Below are positions 1 through 12,300 of a DNA stretch of 34,800 bases, in pieces. The notes under the pieces are model-generated. The model was not told where the DNA came from. It worked only from the letters and a program-made list of their open reading frames with translations, and ran no database searches. This stretch comes from Sphacelaria rigidula (Eukaryota): positions 1 to 34,800 of the forward strand of contig CAXNAA020000023.1 of assembly GCA_964200075.2 (NCBI GenBank), read 5' to 3'. Position 1 is the first letter of the stretch. Each line of letters opens with the position of its first letter. The position numbers and the translations under genes were made by a program.

Positions 1-1067
1 GTCCCCATCAGCTTGCCACACAGCCCTTTGTGGTCGGGGCGGGCCGCCATTGCCCCCTTCGTTGCATGCCGCGATTTCTCTTCGAAGCGTTGCGGCGCGC
101 ATACATACAACAGAGTAGTACCGTACACTGTAGTACGCCTCTCCGACTGAAGCAGCACCTGCCGTTGCATACTCCCTTGCACGTTCTGGGCAATTCTAAG
201 CTACCGATATCAACTGTCTACATACCGCTTCTTCATCCCCGCCCACTACATATATGTGGACTGAACACTCCAAGTCATCCGCAGAGGGGTACACAGAATT
301 CATTACGGTAGCTCCTTTTGTCTTTCCACAGCCCACCTCGATTTTGTGCTTCGTGAAAATGACCACGTGGTCGCATGTACATTCCTTCCCCGTTTTTCCC
401 CGCCCATCCTGTGTTAGCGTAAATATATACGTTTCAGTATTGATCTGGGACGCAAAAAACGCTCCGAAAAAATTCGGGAGGGGTACGCTGAGTGCAAGTA
501 ATACCATAAACCAAGCTGCGACCACCATGCATTTGGAAACCTGGGAAGGCTTATCTGGGCCAGGGATAGGGTCCCAACACGATCTTTGCGGTGGCATACC
601 ATCCGGCAACAATCCCCGCGCTGATCGTTCGGGTCTGGTCGATAAATTTCGCCTCGCTGTGATTGGGTAGGTCCCTCGAAGACATATATTTTATTATTCT
701 ACTAACACAGGGTCAACCCTATGTTAGTGGGGGTCTGGTCCCAAAAGGGTTAGCTCGATTTCCGGGTTTAAAAGAGGGATGCTAATAGCGCCCCTCTTCA
801 CCCTCCCGAAACCGAGGCAAAATGTAGATTCTCTCGCACATTTGTTTGGGGGAACGGAAGATGGGAAACCCCTGAAAATCGTTTTAGCCCTAGAAATCGT
901 TTTAGGGGGGTCGGGGGGTATTACGTCGTCCATGGTAGGTGATTATAATGACGTAGAGCCCATCACCAGGTGTGGGCGGACGGGCAGGTCAAGTACGTGT
1001 TGCAACCATTTCACGCCCCTTATGATATATTATTATTCATGGTTGACACATTTTACAACTATTATCG

Positions 1068-1178
1068 CTTAGCCTGACCTCAGATCAAGGCATACCGAGA
1101 GTCCTCGGGCAAGGGACGCGCACAAGATTCCCTACAGTAGGCAAAGTGTGGCATTGGTGGACCCCGAACGGGCGCCAC
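1068..1178 (+). repeat. ~110-bp dispersed repeat, copies at ~3742-3846 and ~19085-19220
   Basis: Shared AAGGC(A/G)TAC(C)GAGA...CTCGGGC; the 19.1-kb copy has a 19-bp internal tandem GGCGTACCGAGAAACCAAA. Confidence 0.6.
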
Positions 1179-1401
1179 AGGCTTTACTACTGCTCATCAT
1201 GGTGTTGGGATTGTTCGATCTTTATAAACCCTATCTGCTCACGTAAAGTAAATAATAATAATAATCAACAATTTTGATGATAGGATGAGAATGAGAACTT
1301 TACAGGGAAGAATGATGACGTAAAATGAAAGGTGGTTGCCACACGTGTGCTCTTCGCGCCATCGATCGCCATCATCATTCTCACAAAAATGCCCAACGTC
1401 A

Positions 1402-1617
1402 GGCCGTGTCCTGTCAAATTGGTTTCGACTCGAAAACGTACGGTGGAACCGAATTTCTTCGTACCTTGTGCGTCCACCACCACCCCATTCATTTATGTTG
1501 TCAACTATCTGAGATAGCAAATCACATGGACGAGTGGACGAGTGGACGAGTCAGATACAAGCGAATTCGACTCGACCGCAGGCTTTCGACACGAAAACGA
1601 TTTGGTAAGACACGGCA
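1402..1617. mobile_element. MITE with ~60-bp TIRs (GGCCGTGTC...), Tourist/PIF-Harbinger-like
   Basis: 1402-1463 is an imperfect inverted repeat of 1557-1616; flanks TCA/GCA; homologous to 17548-17739 and 33195-33260. Confidence 0.7.
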
Positions 1618-2098
1618 GCATTATAAATTTCTCATCTCGCGAGAAGACGGGGCCGAAGGAACTCGGATCGTTTCTCGTGGTGTATGCGTCTATGGTCAGC
1701 TGATCACCCGAGCACAGAATTCTGAAAAAAAATCCCTTTCTTCTTATTTTCCCGTCGACCGCAGTGATGTTCATCGATGAAATGGGCCCTATGTGTATAG
1801 GAGGGACCATACACGCACATGCGCGTCGCTACAACTGTTAATATGATGAACTATCGTGGTACACGTCGTTCCCGACTTCGTTCTCTTGTGGGGGCTGCAC
1901 ATCTACAGCCCTGCTAAGCTCTGTATGTACCAAAGTTTATGCTATATTGACACACGGACGGCGAGGAGGGTAGTTCATCCATCCATGTGGATCGTGCATA
2001 CTTTTTCGAGGTGAAGTTGGTGCCGGCTCAACAGATGACCCACCCTACGAGTAGTCGTGTAAAAGGTTGAGACCGACGACACATTTCTCGGAAAAAAA

Positions 2099-2185
2099 TC
2101 TTTCTCGGCATTTTTCATCTTGTTGTGGAAGTCGATAACTTCTTTCTCGGCATTATTTTGTCTCGTTGTGGAAGTCGATAACTTC
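2099..2185. repeat. Short tandem duplication, ~42-bp unit x2
   Basis: TCTTTCTCGGCATT...GTTGTGGAAGTCGATAACT occurs twice. Confidence 0.8.
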
Positions 2186-2428
2186 CTCGAAGTAGAAAAA
2201 AGTTTGACTGAAAGCAAAGTCCGTTCCATGGCGAGCATAGATAATCATCAGTTGAATCAGCTTGAACTAATTTCACTGGGAAAAAATATGCATAATATAT
2301 CCAGACGGGCTACCCTCGCGAGGCTCGCGGCCAAGGAGTTGATAGTGGCCCTGAATAAATCGAATAGTTGAACGCTGACTATCCTGTTGATACTAAAGGT
2401 TGTGGCGTACGTCCTACAGAGGAGTCTT

Positions 2429-2530
2429 TTAGCCCTTTGACCGCGAGCAGCAATCTCTCAAATCGGCATCAATTTCACTCGAAAAATGAATTCATGACCA
2501 GATGACCGACCGTTGCGGTCAACGGGTTAA
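2429..2530. mobile_element. piggyBac-like mini element, same family
   Basis: TTAG-CCCTTTGACCGCG ... GCGGTCAACGGG-TTAA with core AATCGGCATCAATTTCAC. Confidence 0.65.
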
Positions 2531-4384
2531 ATTGTTCTATTCATTCACCTTGTAGTTGAGGAATCTGCTGCCACATTTCTCGGGACAGTAGCTGTTTCCC
2601 CCTCCCCAAAAAGTCAGCGACGCCTGGAAGAAACTACCCAGCAGCCACTTGATTGGGGTTGTTTAGCAGACGATGTCCCACCCTCACTCGAACTATTGAG
2701 AGTCGGTAGGCTTTGAAAAAAGGAGCAGGCCATGTTTTTAGTTGAGGGGATACCACATTTGACGGAGGGGGATATCATTTTCGTTACACTCTGATTCTGA
2801 GATATTTGCACTCTGAAATGACAAACAAACGGTGTTTCCCGAAACTCTCATGACAGTACATGGTCCAAAAGCGCAGTTTTTCGGCTGTAGCGCGCAATGA
2901 CAACAAAGAAGAAAGGAAGTGCAATATAATCGTTCACCATCACGATCCGGATCAGTTTGTTCGAGTGAAAATATCAAAATAAGAAGGAGGGAGAGCGGGT
3001 GGTTTTACACCCGTGCGACCCGCCCGGTCGACTGGTGATATTCTGCATCTCGCTCAAAATTGGTCGCGGACCATCTACACATTTTTCGGCATTTGTGCCG
3101 AGTATTATAGTACTCGTGTGAGCTGCAGCTTGCCACCGGTTGTTGATATGCTTGAACCTTGCAAAGTCCATGTCGTCTCTGCTGTATGCTGTTACTATAA
3201 CTCATTATTTTGTGTTCTGCGTTGTACAGACAGTATACTTATGTAGCAATATCACTAAAGTAACTGAAGTCGGAACCCAGCGCTGTCCTGTCGAAGTTGA
3301 AAATGCCATACCATACGCGTTCGTTGGATGGTGCGTCTTTCGCAACGAACAAGGCGTCTCGAACTCAAAATGATCATTATTCTGCTGCTGTCGCTCACAC
3401 GGTAGAGTGGTGCGTTCGAACCCTGTGAATAAGGTTTGATCTGCCCTGGGGAGTGCATGAACTGCCGTGTGTCCCGGTCGATTCTACACAAGAAAGTCTA
3501 GATAATGTTGTGTCGTTTGTAGAGAGTAAACAAACAGCGCCCTTCGTTCCCATATTTATCTCTATGCTCAAGTTGTCGTTACACTGACTGTGCTGCGTTT
3601 GAACCGTGCGAACACGATGTTTGGTTTGCGCTGGAGATTGCCTCACTCAGCTGCTGTACTGGCGAATCTCCATGGAGGGGTGCTTACGAATTCGTCGAGA
3701 AAATAATGGACAAGGAGCTCTCGGAAATTCGACTTTCAACTAGCTAAGCCCAACCCCAACAAGGCATACGAGAACCCTCGGGCAAGGGGGCGCAATAAGG
3801 GTGCTCCAGGAAAAGTGTGCGTTTGTCAGATCTCAAGTTGGCGCCTTCGATCTTGATTTGATTATGATTTCATTATACTCTTATGGTAGCTGGAGTCTGG
3901 GACCACGGAAGGAAGACGTCCGCAACAGATGCCCCATGCGGAAATAGAAGTCTGCACAGACATCAAAATGTCCGCAGCAAGTGAGCCCAAGGTATACTGG
4001 GTACCTGGGAAAAAATGCGGGCGGAAGAACCCTCATACCTAGCCATCAATTTTTCGTCAACGTTCAAGAGCTTGCAGCCGGCATACTACGCAATCTATAT
4101 GATCAATCCACCGTGTACTTCATGTAGCACACACCACGCTCATGGATCCACGCGCAAGAAATTGTAGGGGGCAAAAATGGCCATACCCCATGTAATCGTT
4201 TCACCTGTGTGGGTCCGTTTCGTTTGTTTTTGGTCCGCAGGTTCCGTCTGTCCGCACGCCATACACAATAAACATCTGACATCGCGAACCTTAACTGTTG
4301 TGCTAAGTTGGTGTCTTGTGCTGTATTACGTGCAATCTCAACGCCGCACATATCCTGCTTTTTTTTGCTGTATGTCGAAGTAAA

Positions 4385-5240
4385 AAGACTGGAGTACTCG
4401 GACTCCAACCTTTTTTTCCGATCACCGTGTGCAACCCATCCGAAAATTCCATTATACACTAACAGTGCGGGTAGTCTTGCGGTCGAGTAGGGCTGTGGTC
4501 TGCACGTTGAAATCCCGTTTGCACCATGACTATGACGTTTGAAATTGATGGGGTACCAAAGCAGCCGGTGATTCTCGTACCCTCCCTTGGAATCAGGTCA
4601 TAAACGACTCTACTTGAGATGGGTTCATGGTTGAACGCGCCCACGATGAGGATATGTCTTCACTGTCGTTGTCTCGTGGAGTTCGCGGGTGTAGCAGCAA
4701 AGCAACACGCTGTATGCTGAAAAATGGCATCTGTGGTTGGGATGTGCAGTTTACCCGAGTTCCCTGATCGTCACCAATTTTCAATGGTTGGAATATACTT
4801 GACTTTAGTCTGCACGCGCTAGATTCGGGTTTCGGAGAGGTTGACCGTCCAAGGTGCCCCCATTATAGGCAGGGGATGTTTGTGCTTGAATAAGCGCTAC
4901 TGCCAGGCATATGACGATCCATTACACCTCCTTGTACCAATCATCTTCAGCATACCTTGGTCGTGTGAGAACAACTTCCGATCAGTAATATGATTAATGA
5001 ACATCGAGGACTGCGTACGGGTCTGGCACCGATGAAGGTCGGTAAACTACAGTCAATACTATTATTGGGTCTCGTTATACAGTCTGCATTCGTACTGCCG
5101 TCACATCTTCCTGGGCTGTACCCTCCGTGTGATATCCACATCCTATTGTCTCTCTTTCCCCCTCATCTGCGCTGTCATCTACCCACTTGTAGCTGCTGCA
5201 CCACTTGTACATGTTCTCTAGTTGTGCTGAGGTACGTTCT
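4385..5240 (-). pseudogene. Possible decayed tyrosine recombinase (DIRS/Ngaro/Crypton-like element remnant)
   Basis: Minus-strand fragments across stops and frameshifts, in catalytic order: RDPIIVLTVVYRPSSV, VQTKVK..GNSGKLHIP, EPISSRVVYDLI, FKRHSHGANG, GIFGW..ESEY. The HxxR Arg is not intact. Confidence 0.3.
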
Positions 5241-6227
5241 ACGCATGCTTACGCCATATGGTGATCAAGGGACGAGGTGCGAGCCAAGTACTAGCGGCTC
5301 CTGAAAAAAAACGGGGTCTGAAGCACAACGTGTGTGAATTCGCCCCGGTCCCTCGAGTACGGTCATCCCTGCGTGCAGAGAGAATAGTACTCCTATGGGA
5401 CACACTTGCGGTGCCCTGCTGAATATGTGGAACACGATGTAAACTGAGAGGGCATGGTTGGCGTATTCTTTTCATCATACAAGTTGAAACAATAAAACGT
5501 GCACACGAACGTTCCCTGTTGTATAAAGAATACTTGAGAAGTTCGCAGAATATAGAATATTTGAACACACCAACGGCCAAGCAAAGCCAGCTTCTTTCTT
5601 CCTTCGCCCATTTTGTCCGCCCACTTCTCACCGCTGATTTCACAACGGTATATTCGGTCACCAGCACGTGCTATTGCAATTTCCTTTCCTTTCAACCCCC
5701 TCTCGTACGTCATGATGCCATGGTTGTTTCCTCTACCTTAGGAGGGAGCACGTTGTCAACCCGCGGGATAATTGTACAAATTAAACTTTGTGGCGCAATC
5801 CGACTTCCCGGTACATGTTCATTGTTCATACAAACGTGTCATTACTCGGTCATAGATAGGATGCACTTTCGGTACGCGGAGTATTTCAGTCACAAAAAAA
5901 ACTTTCGGGCACTTTGCGATTGTCACGAAAACGAACCGCAAAGCATTTACTTGATTTTAGTGGAGGCTGAAAATACTGAGATACAGTGTGCCCGCTCTTG
6001 GTCGTTTGACCGCCGCCGTATATAATTTTTCCACCCAATTCTTACTGTACCACTGTACTGTACTTTTGTACAGACATTCTCCAACACATTGCGGGGAGGT
6101 TTTTTTTTAACTTGATTTGATTGTATGACCAGCACTGTCCTACACCCAAGGGGTAAGTGATAGGCCTCGCTACACCACCGACAGGCACCGAGACCTCAAC
6201 CCGGTTGTTCATTTTAGCATCTCCGGA

Positions 6228-6374
6228 ATGGAAGACGATGTACCTGTGAGTGCAGCAGGGGCGGTAACCTCGGCCCCTACCTCGCCCCCACCTGCGACGC
6301 CGTCTGCTCCACGACGGTCTGGTGGGTCTGGCCGAAAATCTGCGTCAGGCGGGGCCTCCAGGTTGAGAAAATCG
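6228..6374 (+). CDS. Exon 1 (ATG; MEDDVP...ASRLRKS), basic lead-in to the Zn cluster
   Basis: ATG at 6228, 147 nt, donor GTGAGT at 6375 (phase 0); RLRKS directly precedes the first Cys of exon 2. Confidence 0.8.
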
Positions 6375-9300
6375 GTGAGTTTACTTCCCGAATTTGAAGG
6401 CTGCGGCAAGAGGGTGATTAGTAACGAATGTGGGTTGTTGGGCGATGTGTGTGTGTTTGTGTGTGCGTGTGTGTGCGTACGTTTTTGTGTGTCTTTTGGC
6501 GGGGGTGTTGGATGAACGGTGGTAGGCTTCACAACAACTATTTTTGCCGCGTGCTGTTTACAGATGTATCTGCGTTGCAACGTGCGTGTTTTTCTCCGGA
6601 CAGTGTGACCCATGTTCGCTGGCGAAAAGGAAGTGCGACGGAAAGCCTGAATGTTCGCTCTGCGTCAAAAAAGGCCTACGCTGCATTTATGGGGAGGTGA
6701 GGGTTTCGAGACACGAAGTCCTCAGCGAATACTTTGACCGTTTTGCGCACCGTGGCACCGCACATGAGACACTACATGATGCAGTATATGCAGCAGCTGG
6801 TGCACGCGAAAGCAGCCCGTAGTTGGCGCGTTATTACGGGTGGTTTGGAGGGACAATTGGTCAACATGGGTGCGTGTGGACGATATGGAGTCGGGTTTTC
6901 CACGCGGGTTTCACATCTTGTGTGACAGGCCAAAGATTGACCGCCTGTGGGTTGTTTTTTGGGGTCGTGATGAGCACACCCATCTCGCCGCTGTTTGATT
7001 GCGTCACTTCGTCCTTTTTCCATCAACGTTTTTTCTAGTTCCTTCTGTAGAGCCCTGGTCGTCCTGCGCATGGACGCCGTGGCCGTGCTATCACGCCTGG
7101 ACTAGCATCGTCACCGCTGTTTTCCCGGGCCGTGTGCTCTGGAAATCAATCTCTCGCGGTGCAATTATTTTGTCCACCACGTCGCTGCGTTCTCCAGTGC
7201 CCTCAGATGTTGGTTCAAATATAAAATCTCTGAAAACATGAGGATGGCAAGAAGATGAGGAGCTGCCCATGAAAATGAAGTGAATATTCTCTGTGCCATT
7301 CTTTCTGCCCGCGAATACCCGTTCTGAACTATTCGCAGCGGCAAAAGAGCGGACCAAAGGGCCGCAAGGGTTCAGCGCCAACGGCGGGGAGCACGACTCC
7401 CCGCCGCCGCGCCCCCTTCGTTCCCGCCCGTGAGAGCCGGAGCCTTGGCCCAGATGATGGTACGGCGAGCCCAGCGAGAAAGCGCACCCGCCCGGCCACT
7501 GCGGGACATTATAACGGTGTCGAGAGAGAGAATCCTCCTGTGTCCTACGAGGAGACGGAACATGGGTCCGCGGGGCGCGGGGGTGGACTAACCCATGCCT
7601 GTGGAGCAGGACCGGGCAGTGGCGGTGATGCACGAGGTATGCGCAGATAGTACTGGTGAAAGAATGGTGGCTGGGTGTGGCGCTGGCGGCCGTGCGTTTC
7701 GCAGGACGTGATCGGTGTGTAGTTGAGGAGTGGTGTCTGGGGTGATCTCTTTTATCTCTTGAATCCTCGTGTACCTGTAGCACTCACTTACAGTCAGTAC
7801 AGTACAGGCAATAAGACGCAGATGCCTACAGAGCTCAAGAGTTCGGTGAGATACACATGGAGTTGGATGCGATGGTTGGGTAACATGTTTGGCGACGATG
7901 GAGTTCATTCGTTCTCTCGTATGTGTCGACACAACAACCCGTAGGAGGTGGTCATGGGCATGAGCCGGCGGTGGCGGGGCACGGGCGATCGCCGGTGGCC
8001 GCGGCGGCGCGTATGGGTCACCTGAAGCGGCGCGTGGGAGCCGGCACGCTCGTTGGCCATCAAGAACCTGCAGAAGATCACCCTATGCGTGATGATGAAA
8101 TGCATGAGCGCGCCATGGGTGTATCAGACGGTTACTCGTCGTATCCTCCAAACAAGTTTCGGCGCACCCCAGCGGGGGCCTGGGGTGGGCGGGCCCGACA
8201 GGAAGAGGCCGAGCGTACGCTTGTTCAACAACAGCAACACGCGAGAAGAAATGCGCTGCCGGGCGGTATAATCCACCACGACAGTCACGAAGACGGTGGC
8301 CCCGGCACCGCCGGCACCGGTGGTCACCCATCTAACCCCGAAATGACCCGTTCCCCCGACGCAAATGGTTCATCCCACCATGTCGATAGCTCTTCACCTC
8401 ATCGTCAGCAGTCGTGGGGTCCAGGTCAGCAACGACGCCCGGTGTCACCGTCTCACGTATCTCGTGCTGACCTGGGTACGCCCGGCTCCGGAACGGCCGC
8501 TTCGGCGCCGGGAACGTACCACCTCGGGCACGAAGCAACAAGCAATGCAACAAGCAGCTCGTGGAGGGCTAGCAGCGGTGGTGGCAGTGATAGTGGTGCG
8601 GGTTGGCAGCCACGGAGGCAGGAGGACGCAGGAGGAGGACGCGGGGGTGCAGGGTCTGCGGTGGGCATCTCGAGGCCGTTTTCCGAGCAGGGTGTGGATG
8701 ACAGCGGGGAAATTAGCGAAACCAGCGACCGCCGCGGGGGGGGCGGCAGCGGCAGGGGCGGGGAATACCACCGCGGGACGACTGGCGGCAGGGGCAGTGG
8801 TAGTGGCAGCGTCGCTTCCGGAGAAGCCGACATCAAGTACGAACGCTATTGCCAGGGCGGAAGGAGGGCATTCGGCGGCGGCGGGCCTGCGCCGCCGGCG
8901 GTGATGAGGGACGGCGAGGGCGGGTACTGGGAATACCCTCTCGGTAGTAGCGGCGGGCAAGGGCGCGTGGCCAACCGCGAGTACTGGACACATGGTGCTC
9001 CATCTGGCACTTATGCGCGCTGGGATTCGCGCGGTGTTGATCCTGACAGACGAGAGGATTTGCGGGCCTGGGGCGGGATGCATCGTCCTGGTGCGATGGA
9101 CGATCATGGAGATCCTGAAGAGTACAACGAGGTATGTCGACCAGCATCGTTACACTTCGGTGGTTTGGACTCAAAGCCAATTTTACATGAATTTCGTACA
9201 CTTCGTTGTACCCTGCAGGGTAACAGCAAATGCGAATACATTGTCTCGACACCGTCGGCATTTTTTGTACTTCAAAAAGGTGTGCCCAGCAAACTGCTCG

Positions 9301-12300
9301 GCAATTCGGTATCCAGTGCCGTGGATGCATGTGCAGATGTGCACGTGTATTGTCCTTTTTTCTCATGTGTGTTCTTTCGTTTGTTTCAGCCCACTCGGGT
9401 GCGCCTTGGTTTGTACTGAACGGTGATTTTCTGACTATCTTCCCTCCCATGTTGTATCGTTCCGACTGACCAGAGGCGACACCTGCTGCCGTGGTCGATA
9501 GAAAAAATCGAAACTATGCAGGCTATGGGCGCAGGCCGGGCCGGGCAAGACAAAACAATCTGGGACAGGATCGCGGCGGCTATGATGTCCAGTGCAGCTG
9601 AGGCGAAGGAACAGTGAGTAGCTCGCGTCCTCTTTCTTCTGCAATTTTCCATCCTTTCGGGAAGGTGTACTCGTAGCCTACATGTTTCTACTGGAAACTA
9701 TCCGATATTTATGTTTGAAATTGGGTAAACGAGGATGGTGGCGTTCATCGCCCTTGTACACAAAGATATTGCGGTCCGTGCGTGACCAGCTGACCAGATG
9801 TCAGCAGCAGAATGCTTACTCCCTTTTGTACAGTCTTCAGTCTGAATGAGCCTGTACGTAACCAAGCCCTCCTTGTTTTTGCTCGTCTATGGCTATGACG
9901 TATTTCCCCGCAATACTCCGCATGGAACGGAAACTCCGCTCCTGCCCGCTGCTCCGGTCCGCGCCTACCTTGGCCTGCTACACAACAGATGGGCGATGTA
10001 CTGCGACACAATGCGCAGAGAAGCATGGGCTGTACGGAGCCGGGCAGCGGCGCTGGCCGCTAGCATTACAGAACGCTCTCCAGGAATATGGCCTGTGCCA
10101 CCTTCTGCGGCGGTGGCTGCTGGAGGCCCCCCTCCCACATGGTCGGGGACCAATCCCCATGGCGGATGGCGGCTGAGGTGCGCACCTTTTCGTTGATCTG
10201 GGTCGCATCGGCTGGATCCTTCGAGTGTTCCCCAGCAAGTGTAACCCAAACACTTGTTGCGAGATTTTTGTCGCCAGTCGCGGTCGGTACTATCCATCAG
10301 ATGTTGTGTGAATGTTCTTGCTTACGCGAACAGTGTAGCGAATTTAAGCTTGCTGGTTTTGCTTTGTTTTTTGGCACGAGTTACTGTGGACGTGTTTCGG
10401 GGTGCTTGCCTTTTTTTTTTCACTGAACTGTTTTTTCGCAATAGACCAGGCCATACGACCGAGGGCGCGCCCGAGCTTCCTCGTCGGTAGAAAGTGCGAA
10501 GCTGATCCCTCTACTCATTCAATCCCGTCCCGAAAATACGTCACTCTACCCACAATTATTTCTTGTCTCACCGAACAGGCCCGACGGTGCAGCTGGTGGA
10601 TACGTGGGCAGTGCTGAAGGGACCAGACCCGTTCGCGCTGCTCCCGATGTTGATGTTTACCGTGACGCAGCGGTGAGTGTAGAAAAATGTACGCTCGTCC
10701 TCCGACTAAACTTCTTGTAAATACTCGAAATCCTGTGCCCCGTTTTATTTGCTCGGGAACACCCACCCACCTACGCACCCGCACACACCCGATAAGCAGG
10801 GTCACCCACAAGAAGCATGAACCACAACAGAAAGAAACAGCAAGTTCGATCCCCGCCAAAAACTGCGCCCAAGGTACGATGACATGTTTTCATGTGTGTG
10901 TTGAAGGTACTTCAACGCTCTGCCCCTTCCGACTCCACCTACGTTTTGTGTTTACCGGTGCCGCATTCAGGCTTACGGCCCGGGACGTCCTCCGGCGGTG
11001 GTCGGTCAATGCGCGTACTGCAGGGAATATTGGCAGACCAACAGCCCCCCCGCTGCTGCGGCGCTCGAAGCCGGGAGGTGGTGCTGCCCGCCCTGCGAGT
11101 CCGGCCGCCGCCCCGGTCCCCACCCCCGACACTGGGAGGACGACGAGGTGAAATTTTCTTCATGAAGTGGATACGACCGACGAGTCTCGCCCCCCTCCCT
11201 TCCACGTGTTGTGAAACATGGATTTTATAGACTTCTCTTTCGTTTTTTTGCAACATGCCTGAACTTGGGCGTGTATAAATTGGTCTCGCGTCTTGTCCGA
11301 AATCACGCTGATTTTTTGCCAGGGCCACATCGCCATGGCCACAAGTGATATCCCGCATCTTCCTTACTACGACGGTGACGGTTACCCGCCGCCTGCTCAC
11401 TCCAGACGCCAGGGGTGGACAGCCCGCAGAGCGGTACGTTGTGTTTCTCTCATGTTCCTTTTCATGTTTTGCGTGGAGTTAGGTCAAGCAAGTTCGGTGG
11501 TGTCTTCACCGCGGTAGATTCTAAGAGTGAAAAGCTTGAGTCCGAGCAACGATACTTCGGTACCCCGTTGACGACGTGGGGGGGTGTGCACCGGAGAGTA
11601 CGCTGTTCTTATTGTTGTAGGTGTTGTTTTTTCAACTGTAGAAATTCGAAGAAGAACGTCCATCACTGTTTTTGAAATTTCAAAGAAATTCACGGATAAG
11701 TTGTCGAAAAAGTTATCGAAAAGCTCCCAAATTTCTCGACCCAGAATTTCTCACTGAGGTTACTTTTTTTTTCAATGAGCATATTCGCAATGAAATCCGT
11801 TCAACGAACCCATTCTAACGCTATCATCGTGGGCATCCGCTGGAGAGGTACGATCTGCACCCTGCACCTTGCACCCCATAACGGTCTCCTCTTATGGCAC
11901 AGAGGAAGTATTGCCGTACATGCTACATATCATTTGCCCCGATACCTGATGACCGGGATTCTTCGGTTGGCAATACCAACTGCTCCTAGTGTCCGAGTGC
12001 TGGTTTCGAGAAGATGGTCTGCAAACACATCGACATTGTAGAGTGGCTGGTATCGAGGGCATAAACACGCACGAGTTGGACTTGATGGTTACCGACTTTC
12101 TCCAAGGATCTAGTTTTTGGGGCGAGAACTCCGCAGCAGCCGTATGTCGTCATTGGTAAAGAGAGTGGTACCATGGCGTCTTCTCGTGCGTAGTTTTTTC
12201 GTTATGCAGGCTCAGTGTCGAGCAAAATGGCTGCTCTTTCCATACCTTTGCCCGTCACCGTTGCTGTCGATGTCGCGGGCTGTTGATCGCATACCGTTCC

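Noticed and set aside
1-700. Possible gene or gag-like remnant at the window start (also ORFs at 33502-34279)
   Set aside because: No recognisable motif or convincing splice structure.
8445-9107. Long antisense or alternate-frame ORFs over GC-rich exons (also 7091..7783, 12410..13081, 27309..27914)
   Set aside because: Expected shadows of stop-poor GC-rich coding sequence; no recognisable motifs.
7923-9419. ORFs 7923..9419, 12791..13846 and 27680..30010 as standalone genes
   Set aside because: Their ends run into intron-like sequence, and internal splice sites with matching phases place their cores in one spliced gene.
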